Of a stretch of 64,000 nt of DNA, positions 51,228 to 61,911 are shown in pieces. The stretch is from Ruegeria sp. (lineage in GTDB: Bacteria; Pseudomonadota; Alphaproteobacteria; Rhodobacterales; Rhodobacteraceae): contig NZ_CBDCRS010000005.1 of assembly GCF_965221235.1 (NCBI RefSeq), positions 48,076 through 112,075 of the forward strand, given 5' to 3'. A program made the position numbers and the translations under genes. The stretch's first letter is position 1. Each line of letters begins with the position of its first letter. A model generated the notes under the pieces. The model did not search any database. It saw nothing but the letters and a program-made list of their open reading frames with translations, and was not told the DNA's origin.

Positions 51228-52484
51228 CTACCCTTTCCAGATCCGTTGGTACGCCGCGATCAGGGCAGGCACCTGATGAGGCCAGGCCATTTCCGCCTCG
51301 ACCCGCGCGCGACCTGAGCTACCCATGGTGGCGCGGCGCTCTTCGTCCGCCAGTAACTCGGTGATCTTGGCCGCCATATCGACGGGATCATTGGCCTTGG
51401 CGTACAGCGAGGCTTCTTGCGCTGAGAACCGTCCCTCGGTTACGTCAAACTGAACGATCGGTTTCTCGAACGCCATGTATTCGAGGATCTTGTTCATGGT
51501 GGATTTGTCGTTCATTTCGTTCACCCGGTCCGGGTTCACGCAGACATCTGCGGTCGACAGGATCTCGAACAGATCCCGATCGGGGGCGCGGCCGGTGAAG
51601 GTGACGTAATCCGACAGGCCCATCTCTGCCGATTGTGCCTGTAGCTTGTCCAGACTGGGGCCGCCGCCCACAAGGCAGAACTGGATATCCTCGCGGCCCT
51701 GAACTTGCACCAGATGCGCCACGGATTCCAGCAACAGGTCGATGCCTTCCTGATCGCCCATCACGCCGACATAACCCACCATATACTTGCGCCCGTTGCG
51801 CCATTCCGGGTTCGGTGGCAGGTGTTGCAGGCGGCTGAGGTCGGGGCCGGAGCGGACGACAAAGACATCCTCGGGCGCCATGCCGCCGCGTTCGATGGCG
51901 ATCTTGCGATAGCTTTCATTGGTCGCAATCGACACTCGCGCCGAGGCGAAGGTCAGCCGCTCGAACGTCTTCATCAGCTTCCAGAAGAAGCCGCGCTTGT
52001 CGAACTTGGCCTCGTAAAGTTCGGGATTGATGTCGTGGTGATCAAACAGATAGCGCACGCCGAACAGCTTGAAGGGCAGCGCCACCAGAAAGATCAGATC
52101 GGGCGGGTTGCAGCCATGGATGACGTGAAAGCCGCGCGTCAGTTTGATCTTCAGCGCCAGCCAGCTTTCCCAGAATAGCGCCGCGCCATATTCCAGCAGA
52201 TACCCCAGCGCCCCGCTAGCATCCAACGGCAGAGGGTGGCGATAGACCTTGATCCCCTCATCCTCCCACACGCGTTCCTCGTGACCCTTGCCGGAGGGGC
52301 AGATGACCGAGACCAGCGCGCCTGCGGCGGCCAACGTGCGGGCCTCCATCCAGACGCGGCGGTCGAAAGGCACGGGCAGGTTTTCGACCACGATCAGAAC
52401 CTTTAGCCCTTTCAGGGGCTGGCTTTGGCGCAGTTCCTCGAACGAAATTGGCTGAACGGCGGGCGGTGGGCTAGTCATATTCAT
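51228..52484 (-). CDS. Glycosyltransferase family 4
   Basis: VENLPVPFDRRV, HGCNPPD, STMNKILEYMA. Confidence 0.88.
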   Translation of the reverse strand: MNMTSPPPAVQPISFEELRQSQPLKGLKVLIVVENLPVPFDRRVWMEARTLAAAGALVSVICPSGKGHEERVWEDEGIKVYRHPLPLDASGALGYLLEYGAALFWESWLALKIKLTRGFHVIHGCNPPDLIFLVALPFKLFGVRYLFDHHDINPELYEAKFDKRGFFWKLMKTFERLTFASARVSIATNESYRKIAIERGGMAPEDVFVVRSGPDLSRLQHLPPNPEWRNGRKYMVGYVGVMGDQEGIDLLLESVAHLVQVQGREDIQFCLVGGGPSLDKLQAQSAEMGLSDYVTFTGRAPDRDLFEILSTADVCVNPDRVNEMNDKSTMNKILEYMAFEKPIVQFDVTEGRFSAQEASLYAKANDPVDMAAKITELLADEERRATMGSSGRARVEAEMAWPHQVPALIAAYQRIWKG

Positions 52485-53733
52485 AGGTTCTTAGCACCTC
52501 TGCATCGCCAAGGTTCAGATCATTCACGATCCGGTTCGATCCGATCACCAGATCCCACGGCCCAGTTTCGGCCGTGGTGCGATCCACAAGCAGGCTGCCC
52601 ACATTGGGCAGGTGGGCAAATGCATAGCCCAGATTCTGCCCCCGCAGATCAGCCGGTTCAATCGCCGGATCATAGACCGACAGCTGATAGCCTCCGTCCA
52701 GCAGCCGCCGGGCGATATCGACATTGGGGCTTTCACGCAGGTCGTCTGTTCCGGCCTTGAAGGCCAGCCCCGCCATCAGCACCCTGCCGCCCTCGGGCAG
52801 ACGGGCCGTAATGTCCTGCACCTGATAGGTCTTATGCGCATCATTGGTGCGCAGCAGGCTGTCAATCAGATGGGTATGCGCGCCCACCTCTCCGGCAATG
52901 TGTTGCAACGCACGGACATCCTTGGGCAGGCAGGACCCACCAAACGCGCCCCCCGGACGGGTATAATAAGGCGAGATGTTCAGCTTGGTGTCCGAGACGA
53001 AAATCTCATGCATGGTTTTGGCTGAGACACCCATCCGGTGACAGATCCGGCCGACCTCATTGGCAAAGGCCACCTTGGTCGCGTGCCATGTGTTGTCGAC
53101 GAATTTGGTGATCTCGGCCTCTTCAAAGGCTGTGTAGAAAACGGGCGCGTCCAGACCCTCGTGCAAGGCGTCCATGACGTCCGAGCCGTTTCCGTCCGCC
53201 GTGCCCACCACGATCTTGGGCGGGTTGAAATAGTCGTCCACCGCCGACACTTCGCGCAGAAATTCCGGGTTATAAACGATCTCGACCGCCTGCGCCGTGC
53301 GGTCGCCCAGATGGCTGCGGAAGATCGGCTCGATCAGCTGGCGCACCGTGCCGGGCCGAAAGGTCGAGCGATACGCCACCGTTAAAGGCCGCGCCCGGTC
53401 GGGCGATACGGTCTCGGCAATCTGGCGCGTCACCTCGGCCACAAACCCCATGTTATGCGAGCCATCGGTGGAACTGGGCGTGCCGACACAAACAATGGCC
53501 AGATCGACATCGGACAGGTCCGGCCTCTCGACCACGGCGCGCATCAGCTTTCGGCTCAGCGCCTCGGTCAGCAGGTCTCCGACCTTGGGTTCCTTGATCG
53601 GGGGCTGGCCTGCGTTGATCTCAGCAACTTTATCGGCGCTTACGTCAACACCGATCACCTCATGCCCCTGATGGGTCAGACAGCACGCAGCGGTGAAGCC
53701 CACATATCCCAGCCCGAAAATCGCGATCTTCAT
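52471..53733 (-). CDS. UDP-glucose/GDP-mannose 6-dehydrogenase, AlgD-like
   Basis: IFGLGYVG, CVGTPS, NTWHATKVAFANE, FGGSCLPKD, AFKAGTDDLRESP; likely start MKIAI. Confidence 0.85.
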   Translation of the reverse strand: MKIAIFGLGYVGFTAACCLTHQGHEVIGVDVSADKVAEINAGQPPIKEPKVGDLLTEALSRKLMRAVVERPDLSDVDLAIVCVGTPSSTDGSHNMGFVAEVTRQIAETVSPDRARPLTVAYRSTFRPGTVRQLIEPIFRSHLGDRTAQAVEIVYNPEFLREVSAVDDYFNPPKIVVGTADGNGSDVMDALHEGLDAPVFYTAFEEAEITKFVDNTWHATKVAFANEVGRICHRMGVSAKTMHEIFVSDTKLNISPYYTRPGGAFGGSCLPKDVRALQHIAGEVGAHTHLIDSLLRTNDAHKTYQVQDITARLPEGGRVLMAGLAFKAGTDDLRESPNVDIARRLLDGGYQLSVYDPAIEPADLRGQNLGYAFAHLPNVGSLLVDRTTAETGPWDLVIGSNRIVNDLNLGDAEVLRTYEYD

Positions 53734-54088
53734 ACCATTACACCATTCTGAAACCTGATACCCAAAAACCGGGTCGAGATCGAATAACCTGAAAACGTCC
53801 ACATGCTTGGCATTATCGCGCAATTAGTGTCCAATTCATGATACCGATTGAAATTACACTTTGGCGCAAAATTCAACGTGTAGAGTTCGGATAATGGTAG
53901 CCTTTGACAAAAGGAGCAAAACTGTAGCGAACCAGTTGTAAAATAGCCCTGTTCGGGGGGCAAATGGCGTCCCGGATTGGCCTTTGGGCTCTTATTTGTC
54001 GGCTTATTCAAGCGGTGTTGTTGGGTGCGATTTGGAAACACTGTTGTAGAAAAGCGTTGTTTGTTGTGAGTATGGAAAGTTAAAAATC

Positions 54089-55627
54089 TTGAAACAGCCA
54101 ACTGATCCTGCGCGGAACGGCGGCGCCTCCTCCCGCAGCGCGGCTCTTGCCGTTGGGGCCACGACTTTGCTGGCCTCCAGCCTGTTTCGTCAGGTGCTTG
54201 GACTGGTCACACTGGTGATCACTGCGCGTCTGCTGACGCCCACGGATTTCGGTATCGCTGCATATTTCCTGGTGGCCACAGCCTTTCTTGAAATGATGCA
54301 GCGGCAAATTGCGAATGTGCTGATCCGGCTTGAAGACGCCACGCATCAGCATCTTGAGACGGTGTTTACCTTTCAGGTGATCCTTGGCGTTGCGGCGGGG
54401 CTGCTGTTCCTCGCCTCTCGACCATTCGTTGAATTCATCGGCCTGCCCGAACTGGCACCGCTGACCCCGCTGCTCTTTGTCCTGTCGCTGATCATTGCCC
54501 TGAAAAGCCCCCGGTTCGTGTTGTATGAGCGCAATCTGCGCTTTGGTTTCGCCGCCGGAGAAGAAACCCTGAGCCGGATCATCTATTCGATCATTGCCAT
54601 AAGCCTGGCATGGTACTGGAGAGACTTCTGGGCCATTGTCTTGGCCAATTTCTTCGCTCTGACGACCCGGTCGATCTGGACTTTCAGTTTCGCTCCGATG
54701 GCGCCGCGGTTATCGCTGTCACGCTGGCAGGATTGTTTTTCCTTCTCGCTCTGGTCTACCGGAGCGCTGGTCGCACAGTTCTTTTCCAGAAACATGCCGC
54801 AGCTTATCGTCGGCGCGACACTGGGGCTTGCGGATGCAGGGGTGTTCCGTCTGGGCAGCCGCCTGAGCACGCTTGTCACGACTCAGCTGTTCGCACCGCT
54901 ACAGCGCGTGTTGTATCCCGGACTTGCGGACATCTCGCGCAACACCGACCGGCAGGATGAAACGTTCAACCGGCTCAACGAATTGCTGCTGGCCATCGTG
55001 CTTCCTGTTTCGGTTGGCATGGCGCTTGTAGCCAATCACGTGGTGATCGTGGTGCTGGGGCCGCAATGGTTGGGGGCGGCCCAGGTTATATGGGTTCTGG
55101 CCCCGCTCAAGGCGCTGGAAACGTTGCAGGAGAATGTTCAGTCGGCCTCGTACGTCGAAGGATCGACCAGAATTCTACTGATCCGCAACACGTTCCTGCT
55201 GATCCTTGTGTGCCTGTTGATGTGGGTTGGGGTGCAATATGGATTCACCGGCGCATTGGCAGGCGCGGGCGCAGGCAGTGCCGCAGCGATTGTCACCACG
55301 CTGTGGCTGGCGAAACGCTATGGCAAGCGTACGTTAATCGGTCCTCTGACCGTGGCGTGGCGATCCTTTGCTTCGACATTGGTCATGATTGCCGCCGTCC
55401 TGTTTGTTGGTAGCGCCTATGGCAGCACCGAAGTGATCGGCTGGGCTTATGAGTCATTCGATGACCTGCCCCTTTTGCGGGTTCGCTTCATCGTCAAGGT
55501 GCTAGTGGGAGCGGCTGCGTATATCGGGACGCATTTGCTGTTGTGGCACCTGTCTAAGCGGCCCGAAGGGGTTGAAAGTGCGGTCTTCAGTCTTGCTGGG
55601 AAAGTGCGCAGGCATGTGTTTCACTGA
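54089..55627 (+). CDS. Wzx-type oligosaccharide flippase
   Basis: ARLLTPTDFG, ~12-14 hydrophobic segments. Confidence 0.85.
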   Translation: MKQPTDPARNGGASSRSAALAVGATTLLASSLFRQVLGLVTLVITARLLTPTDFGIAAYFLVATAFLEMMQRQIANVLIRLEDATHQHLETVFTFQVILGVAAGLLFLASRPFVEFIGLPELAPLTPLLFVLSLIIALKSPRFVLYERNLRFGFAAGEETLSRIIYSIIAISLAWYWRDFWAIVLANFFALTTRSIWTFSFAPMAPRLSLSRWQDCFSFSLWSTGALVAQFFSRNMPQLIVGATLGLADAGVFRLGSRLSTLVTTQLFAPLQRVLYPGLADISRNTDRQDETFNRLNELLLAIVLPVSVGMALVANHVVIVVLGPQWLGAAQVIWVLAPLKALETLQENVQSASYVEGSTRILLIRNTFLLILVCLLMWVGVQYGFTGALAGAGAGSAAAIVTTLWLAKRYGKRTLIGPLTVAWRSFASTLVMIAAVLFVGSAYGSTEVIGWAYESFDDLPLLRVRFIVKVLVGAAAYIGTHLLLWHLSKRPEGVESAVFSLAGKVRRHVFH

Positions 55628-55651
55628 CGGAAAAAGCGAAAGGCGCGGGCA

Positions 55652-56644
55652 ATGACACAGACCGCGACAGTCCAGTTGGACCTCAGCGTCATCATTGTGA
55701 ACTATAGGACCAGTGACGTGACATCAAAGGCGGTTCAGTCGGTTCTGGATCACGCAGGTTCCCTGTCGCTTGAGGTGATCGTGGTCGACAATGATTCTGG
55801 CGATGGCAGTGTCGAGGCGCTGCGCACGGCTTTTCCACAAATAACCGTGCTAGATGCGGGGCATAACGGCGGCTACGCATGGGGCAACAACCTGGGTATC
55901 CGGCAGGCCAAAGGGCGATATCTGCTGGTGCTTAACCCCGATGCGCTGGTCTACGATGGTACGCTCGAACGTGCAGTGTCATATATGCAGGACAATCCCG
56001 ATGTTGGCATTCTGGGCGGGCATGTATCGCTTGAAAACGGAAGCCAGCAGCCGACTCTGTTTCGCGAACTGTCGCTCAGTAAACTGTTCTGGGGCCTTGT
56101 GGTGCCAAACCGCATTCTGCGGCGTAGCCGGTTGTTTGGGGATCAGCGCTATGCCTCTCTGGCGCGCGACACCGAGCAGGATGTCGATGTCGTTGCGGGA
56201 TGCTTCATGATGATCGCGCGCGCGGTAGTAGAGCAGGTCGGTATGATGGATGATCGGTTCTTTATGTATAGCGAGGAATCCGAGTGGTGTTGGCGAGTGC
56301 GGCAGGCTGGTCTGAAGGTGCGGTACAATCCGGACGTGCGCCTTACGCATTATGGGGCTGTGTCCACCGGCCAGACCTCGCCATGGAAATCGGTCGAAAT
56401 CGCGAAGGGGCAAATCCTGTTCCTGCGGTTTACACGAGGGCCGGCAATCGCCTGGCTGGGAACGTGCCTCATGGCGCTGGCAGATCTTTTGCGCGCCGTT
56501 TGGTTCCTGCCCATCAGCCTGATCCGGCCAAGCCACAAAGGCGCTGAGGCCTGGCGCGCCCGGTTCACGTTCCTGCTGGGCGCGTTGGTACAACAGCCCA
56601 AGGGGCAGACCCCACCGCAGCCTGATACCGGGATGGTGGCATGA
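55652..56644 (+). CDS. Glycosyltransferase family 2
   Basis: VIIVNY, VDNDSGDGS, LNPDA, FFMYSEE. Confidence 0.88.
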   Translation: MTQTATVQLDLSVIIVNYRTSDVTSKAVQSVLDHAGSLSLEVIVVDNDSGDGSVEALRTAFPQITVLDAGHNGGYAWGNNLGIRQAKGRYLLVLNPDALVYDGTLERAVSYMQDNPDVGILGGHVSLENGSQQPTLFRELSLSKLFWGLVVPNRILRRSRLFGDQRYASLARDTEQDVDVVAGCFMMIARAVVEQVGMMDDRFFMYSEESEWCWRVRQAGLKVRYNPDVRLTHYGAVSTGQTSPWKSVEIAKGQILFLRFTRGPAIAWLGTCLMALADLLRAVWFLPISLIRPSHKGAEAWRARFTFLLGALVQQPKGQTPPQPDTGMVA

Positions 56645-57585
56645 AAACCGCAGCCAAATCCGCCATTCGCGCAACTGTCCACGCGGCGCTTGCCCCGGTC
56701 GAGGCGCGATTGCTTGCGCATCAGCCACAGGCGAAATGGCCACATATCTTCATTCTGGGTGCGCCGCGTTCCGGAACTTCGTTGTTTTATGAGCTGATGG
56801 TCACGCAATTTCGGCTGGCCTATTTCACCAATCTGGCGCACCGGTTCTACAAAACGCCATTGGCGGTCACAAAGCTGGGCACGCCATTCATGGCCCGCCA
56901 CAAACCGGCATACCACAGCGATTACGGCCATATTTCCGGCTGGGCCGCGCCAAACGAAGGCGGCTGGATATGGCAGCGCTGGCTGGAGGACGGACCTTGG
57001 GCGGATGAAAGCTCAGTTGAGAAGCTACCGGCGGATGAAATCAGATCGACATTGGCGGGGATGTCGCGGCTGTCTGCGGCCCCATTCATCAACAAGAATG
57101 TCATGCACTCGAACCGTGTGCGGCTTTTGAACGCCCTGTTTCCCGGCTGCCTGTTTCTTGAGGTCCGGCGCGATGCAGCTGATACCGCCAGGTCTATTAT
57201 TAGGGCGCAAAGGCGGAACAAAGGGCCGCAGCCGGATCAGCAGGAATGGTGGTCCGTACGTCCGTCAAACGCCGGGGGCAACACTGATATTGAGCGCGCC
57301 TGCCGTCAGGTTTCGGGCGTGGAACAGGATATCGAACGTGATTGCGCGCATATCGGCGCGGACCGGCATCTGAGGGTCGACTACGCCGATATATGCGCCG
57401 ACCCGAAAACTGCCTTGTCAAAGGTCGCCCGCTTTCTCGAAGGGCATATCGTGCCAATGCAGCACCTGAACCAGTTCCCTGTCCCACAGCGTTTTGAGCT
57501 GCATCCGTCCAAACCGCTTTCGCATGAGGATGAGGCAGCCTTGGGTGATCTGCTGGCCGATACCGCGGCCGAGGTATCCATCTGA
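56641..57585 (+). CDS. Sulfotransferase family protein
   Basis: 5'-PSB loop GAPRSGTSL; NKNVMH; EVRRD. Confidence 0.8.
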   Translation: MKTAAKSAIRATVHAALAPVEARLLAHQPQAKWPHIFILGAPRSGTSLFYELMVTQFRLAYFTNLAHRFYKTPLAVTKLGTPFMARHKPAYHSDYGHISGWAAPNEGGWIWQRWLEDGPWADESSVEKLPADEIRSTLAGMSRLSAAPFINKNVMHSNRVRLLNALFPGCLFLEVRRDAADTARSIIRAQRRNKGPQPDQQEWWSVRPSNAGGNTDIERACRQVSGVEQDIERDCAHIGADRHLRVDYADICADPKTALSKVARFLEGHIVPMQHLNQFPVPQRFELHPSKPLSHEDEAALGDLLADTAAEVSI

Positions 57586-58607
57586 TGTCGACCGGTGCGC
57601 TGTCCATCCGCCCTGTCGCGCCTGAGAACTGGCCGCTGATCAGTGGCCTGTTTTCCGATCTGACCTATGAACAAAGCCTTACCTACGCACAGGCGGCCGC
57701 CCGCCGGATTGGCGCTACGGCTGAGTTCGTCGCCGTTTATGACCCACAAGACAGGCCTATCGCTGCCGCTTGTATCAGGATCAAGAAAGTACCGTTGCTG
57801 AACCGGGGCATCGCTTGGATTGCAGCCGGGCCTTTGACAAAAATAATAGGGCAGTCTGAGCCTGAGCCAGCGTTACTCAGCTCTGTCCTCGTCGCGCTTC
57901 GGGATCACTTGAATGCGGCGGGTCATATCCTGCGTCTGAGGTTTCCGGTGCAGGTCACGGCGACCGAAGACGCCATCACGCATGCCGGGTTTTCGACGTG
58001 CCAGCGCTCTGCGCCGTACCGAACGGTTCTGATCGACCCCGGTCAGGACGACGATAGCCTGATGCGGGCGTTGCATGGCAAATGGCGCAATCCGCTGCGC
58101 AACGCGCTGAAAGCTGGGATCGAGCTTGAAACCGGCCCGATCCACGATCTCTCGGATCGGTTTTCCTTGCTGTACACACAGGTTCAGGATGCCAAAGGAT
58201 TTCAGCCCGACATCCCGCCCGAGTTTTACTATGGGTTGCATGGGCCGGATTTCGACCATGACGTGCTGATCGCGCACAAGGATGGCGAAGACATCGGAGC
58301 AATGACGATTGGCACATCCGGTCCGAACGCCACCTATCTGTTCGGCGCCACGTCCGAGGCCGGACGGCGGTTGAATGCGGGGCATTTTTTGATGTGGCAG
58401 GCGATGTTGTATTGCCGAAACCGGGGCGCAACATGCTTTGATCTTGGCGGGATAGACGCCGACGCCAACCCGAGTGTTACCCGGTTCAAACTGCGGACTG
58501 GTGGGTCGAACAAAGCCGCATCCGGCCCGTATCAGGCCACTCCGGACGGAATAGGTGCGCGCGTCGTTACGCTTGCTGAAAGCCTGCACAGAAGGTTGAA
58601 ATCCTGA
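57585..58607 (+). CDS. FemAB-like GNAT protein
   Basis: KWRN.LR.A, YLFGAT, LMWQAM, FDLGG, FK...GG. Confidence 0.78.
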   Translation: MSTGALSIRPVAPENWPLISGLFSDLTYEQSLTYAQAAARRIGATAEFVAVYDPQDRPIAAACIRIKKVPLLNRGIAWIAAGPLTKIIGQSEPEPALLSSVLVALRDHLNAAGHILRLRFPVQVTATEDAITHAGFSTCQRSAPYRTVLIDPGQDDDSLMRALHGKWRNPLRNALKAGIELETGPIHDLSDRFSLLYTQVQDAKGFQPDIPPEFYYGLHGPDFDHDVLIAHKDGEDIGAMTIGTSGPNATYLFGATSEAGRRLNAGHFLMWQAMLYCRNRGATCFDLGGIDADANPSVTRFKLRTGGSNKAASGPYQATPDGIGARVVTLAESLHRRLKS

Positions 58608-58608
58608 T

Positions 58609-59289
58609 ATGGTACGGCGGATCGGTCTCAACTTTCACGGAATTGGTACTCCGACCCGCACGCTGGAGGAAGGCGAAAGCCCCTATTGGCTGTCTGAGGC
58701 TCAGTTCAACGAGATCCTGGACCGGGTGGTGGCCAGCCCCGATCCAGCCGCCTTTGTTCTGACTTTTGATGACGGCAACCAGTCGGATTTTGATATTGCC
58801 CGGCCCGCCCTTATGGCGCGCGGGCTGACAGCGCGTTTTTTTGTTCTGACCGACAGGTTGGACGCGCCCGGATCTCTGACACGCGATCAAGTGACTGGCC
58901 TGCTGGCGGCTGGGATGCGGATCGGCAGCCACGGCGCGGCTCATGTCGCCTGGACCGAACAGGAGGCAGAAGGGCTGGAGCGTGAAATCTTCCGTTCGCG
59001 CGACATTTTGCAAACGTTGTGTGGTGAACCGTTGACCGAGGCCGGAATACCTTTTGGAATGTACAACGCCCGCGTTTTGCGCGCGTTAAAACGCGCCGGC
59101 TATCAGACGGTGTTCTCAAGCGACGCAGGATACATGGACGATAGCGCTTTTCTGCGCCCGCGCACGTCGTTGCGCGGGGACATGAGTCAGACTGAAATCG
59201 AAGCGGTTTTAGCCGGGCATATGCCCCCTGCCCGCCGTTTGCGCCGCGCTGTCGGAATGTTCAGAAAGCGTCTTTTTCCACTTAGGTGA
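58609..59289 (+). CDS. Polysaccharide deacetylase family protein
   Basis: LTFDDG, IGSHG..H, IPFG. Confidence 0.82.
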   Translation: MVRRIGLNFHGIGTPTRTLEEGESPYWLSEAQFNEILDRVVASPDPAAFVLTFDDGNQSDFDIARPALMARGLTARFFVLTDRLDAPGSLTRDQVTGLLAAGMRIGSHGAAHVAWTEQEAEGLEREIFRSRDILQTLCGEPLTEAGIPFGMYNARVLRALKRAGYQTVFSSDAGYMDDSAFLRPRTSLRGDMSQTEIEAVLAGHMPPARRLRRAVGMFRKRLFPLR

Positions 59290-59295
59290 CGCTGA

Positions 59296-60210
59296 TTATC
59301 CCTGCGCCGAGGATCGGTCATAGCCGAACTTGTCTAGGATATGTCCTAGCTCCTGCTCGATATACGCAATGTGCTGTGGCTCTAGCTCATTCTTCCATTG
59401 TCCGCTGCGCCCGCTGCGAATATGCGCACGTTCATTGGTCTTGGTGTCTGATATCCTGCTGCGCTTTCCGGCCTCAAACAGGCGCATCAGGCGGACGCTT
59501 AACTCATGCGCTTTGCCGCTGAGGCCCAGAAAGGCGAACATCTCGGCATAGAGCGCATCGCGCTGATCACCCATCAGGGCGTCATAGGATACCTCGAGGA
59601 TATCGGGGTCATCCAGATCCCAATTCTCCAGCGTTTCGCGACTGAAAAAGATGAAATGCCGGATGGCCATAAATAGCCCCTCGGTTTTATCCGCCGCCAG
59701 CAGCTTTTCCTGATAGGTTTGCCCGTTTTCATCCGGCACATGCGCCCAACGTTCGTTCGTCCACAGGTGGTAATGGTACGAAGAAACGATCATGTCACGC
59801 GGATCACGCATGATATGAATGCCTTTGTAGGGGCCGATTTCGGACAGCGGCGTCTGGCTGTGTATCGACAGAAAAACCTGCGTGTTCGGCTTTGGCACCT
59901 GCTGCGAGATATCCTCGAACTTTTCACCCAAACCAAAAGCCAGCAACTTGAGGACGGCTTTGAAATAGGTCGTCATCGCCTTGTGGTGGGTTCCCACGAA
60001 AATCCTGTGCCGCAGCTTTCCCGCGCCTTTGGCACTGCGCCTGCATGCCAGAAACAACGGGATCATCCGCCAAAGTTCGGGGTTCTTCAAAAGTCCGTAA
60101 TTCTTGCGAAACGAGATGGGAACCTGAGTGACAGCCTGCCGAATGCCCGACCGCTTTGGTTTGCGGCCGATACCCGCATCCGTCATGATCTTTTCTGGCT
60201 GTGCTGACAC
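59296..60210 (-). CDS. Sulfotransferase domain protein
   Basis: HHKAMTT PSB-like loop, RDPRDMIVSSY, VSYDAL, RSGRSGQWK. Confidence 0.75.
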   Translation of the reverse strand: MSAQPEKIMTDAGIGRKPKRSGIRQAVTQVPISFRKNYGLLKNPELWRMIPLFLACRRSAKGAGKLRHRIFVGTHHKAMTTYFKAVLKLLAFGLGEKFEDISQQVPKPNTQVFLSIHSQTPLSEIGPYKGIHIMRDPRDMIVSSYHYHLWTNERWAHVPDENGQTYQEKLLAADKTEGLFMAIRHFIFFSRETLENWDLDDPDILEVSYDALMGDQRDALYAEMFAFLGLSGKAHELSVRLMRLFEAGKRSRISDTKTNERAHIRSGRSGQWKNELEPQHIAYIEQELGHILDKFGYDRSSAQG

Positions 60211-61652
60211 GCGTCGATTTTCCCTAATACAGTTTTACGCGCACGGGGCGCGATTGATTGAGCCTTTTGATCTGGCTGAGTTTCCTGAGGTCCGAAGCGC
60301 GTATATCTAATTTTCCGAGGCCGCCCGCCGCGATCGCCTGCGGCAGGCTGATCTGCGTCATCCTCGGCATTCAGCATCCAAAGGCCGGCCCCCAGCATGA
60401 ACATCAAAAGGCAAAAAGTTGCCTCCCACAGATGCACCGAAATGGCTGCGATACTGAATCCGGTCAACGCAAAGAAATAGCCCAGCCGATAGCTTGCCAG
60501 CCGGCCGGAGAGCTGTACCCTGCCAACCTTGACGTAGATCACCACAAGTATCGCAACAAGCAAGATGAGCGCGGGTAAACCGTAACGCAGTGCTACAACC
60601 ATCCAGAAATTGTCCAGACTACCCACCATCCAGGCCGGGCGGCTGAACGGGTTAATGCCAATCCCGAAGATGGGGTTGTTCAGAACGTCATCCGAAGCAT
60701 TATTGAAAATGTGAATCCTATACCATGCCGACCTGCTGTTGAGGGTCATGTAAGCCGCAAACAGCTGCACGGGCGGACGGGTGGCTACGATATCAACCAA
60801 AAGGTAGAAACCGGCAAATAGATAGAGCAACAGGTTCCACTTTATCCGGATGGCGTTAAAGACGACCTTCCATAACATCAGAGCAATCTGCACAGCAACC
60901 GACAGCCACGCGCCCGATGACAAAGAGGTGAAGGTCGCGGCAAGTACAACACCGATCCGTGGGATTTTGTGTCCCAGGTTCTTATTATAGCCCAGCACGT
61001 ACCAGGTCAGCGAAAAACCGACGCTGCAGAAAATGCCAAACAGGATCGGATGGGGCATCGACCCTTGCGCCCGGTACAGGCCCAGACGCGGTTCATCATA
61101 TACAACCTTGGCGACCTTGCCGATCTTGGCAAAGAAATCAAGGATCAGGGATTTGTCCATCAGCGACTGGTAGATGCTGAAGGGCAGCATGAAGAGGATC
61201 AGAATGAACATCCAAACGGCAAAAGTGCGGAACGCATCCGCATCCCGGATCATCCAACGGGCGATGAAATAGGGGCCAAGTGTCTCTACTATGACAATGC
61301 CGATAAACTCCCACCGGGCGAAGCCGTGATTGTATAACAGCGCAAGACTGCCCCACAGCGCATAAATTAGCATCATGTAGTCGGGTGCGTAAAAACCGCC
61401 CGAGCCATCCAGCCACCGCACCATTGCAGGGATGATGAATATCAGCAGAACCAGCCGGTATGTTCCGATCTCAAGCCCGGCTACATCGAAATAAAACGGC
61501 AAGACGAACCCAAGAAACAGCAGCGGAATGACAAACGGCGTGCGCTTTACCCCGGCGCGGCGGCCGGGGGTAGGCACTGCTTTGGTTGTCTCCGCCGATG
61601 TTGCCACTGCGCTTGTCTGTCCTTTTGCACTCTTTCCTGACACGCGGGCCAT
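60183..61652 (-). CDS. Wzy polymerase / O-antigen ligase family membrane protein
   Basis: Many TM segments, RAQGSMPHPI, TSLSSG, PIFGIG, DNFW. Confidence 0.75.
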   Translation of the reverse strand: MARVSGKSAKGQTSAVATSAETTKAVPTPGRRAGVKRTPFVIPLLFLGFVLPFYFDVAGLEIGTYRLVLLIFIIPAMVRWLDGSGGFYAPDYMMLIYALWGSLALLYNHGFARWEFIGIVIVETLGPYFIARWMIRDADAFRTFAVWMFILILFMLPFSIYQSLMDKSLILDFFAKIGKVAKVVYDEPRLGLYRAQGSMPHPILFGIFCSVGFSLTWYVLGYNKNLGHKIPRIGVVLAATFTSLSSGAWLSVAVQIALMLWKVVFNAIRIKWNLLLYLFAGFYLLVDIVATRPPVQLFAAYMTLNSRSAWYRIHIFNNASDDVLNNPIFGIGINPFSRPAWMVGSLDNFWMVVALRYGLPALILLVAILVVIYVKVGRVQLSGRLASYRLGYFFALTGFSIAAISVHLWEATFCLLMFMLGAGLWMLNAEDDADQPAAGDRGGRPRKIRYTRFGPQETQPDQKAQSIAPRARKTVLGKIDACQHSQKRS

Positions 61653-61834
61653 GCGTCCTTGTTCGAATGGCCCGCGAAACTGGCCCCTACTTTAGCTGAC
61701 CTGCATAGGTTTTCACCCAATATCTCTGACTTTGAGAGCTGTTGTGAATGGTCGACGCCAGCCATACAGGGGATTGACCGCCCGACATGCACGTTTTTTG
61801 CCTCGACGGGCCCAAAGTGCCGCGCCTGCACATG

Positions 61835-61866
61835 AAAAAAGAAGGGGCGCCCGATTGTGCGCCCCT
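61835..61866 (-). terminator. Intrinsic terminator after the beta-helix gene
   Basis: Minus strand AGGGGCGC-acaatcgg-GCGCCCCT then TCTTTTTT. Confidence 0.75.
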
Positions 61867-61911
61867 GCTCAACATTTTGCCTGTAAGGCTGTTATTGCCG
61901 CGAATTCCGCA

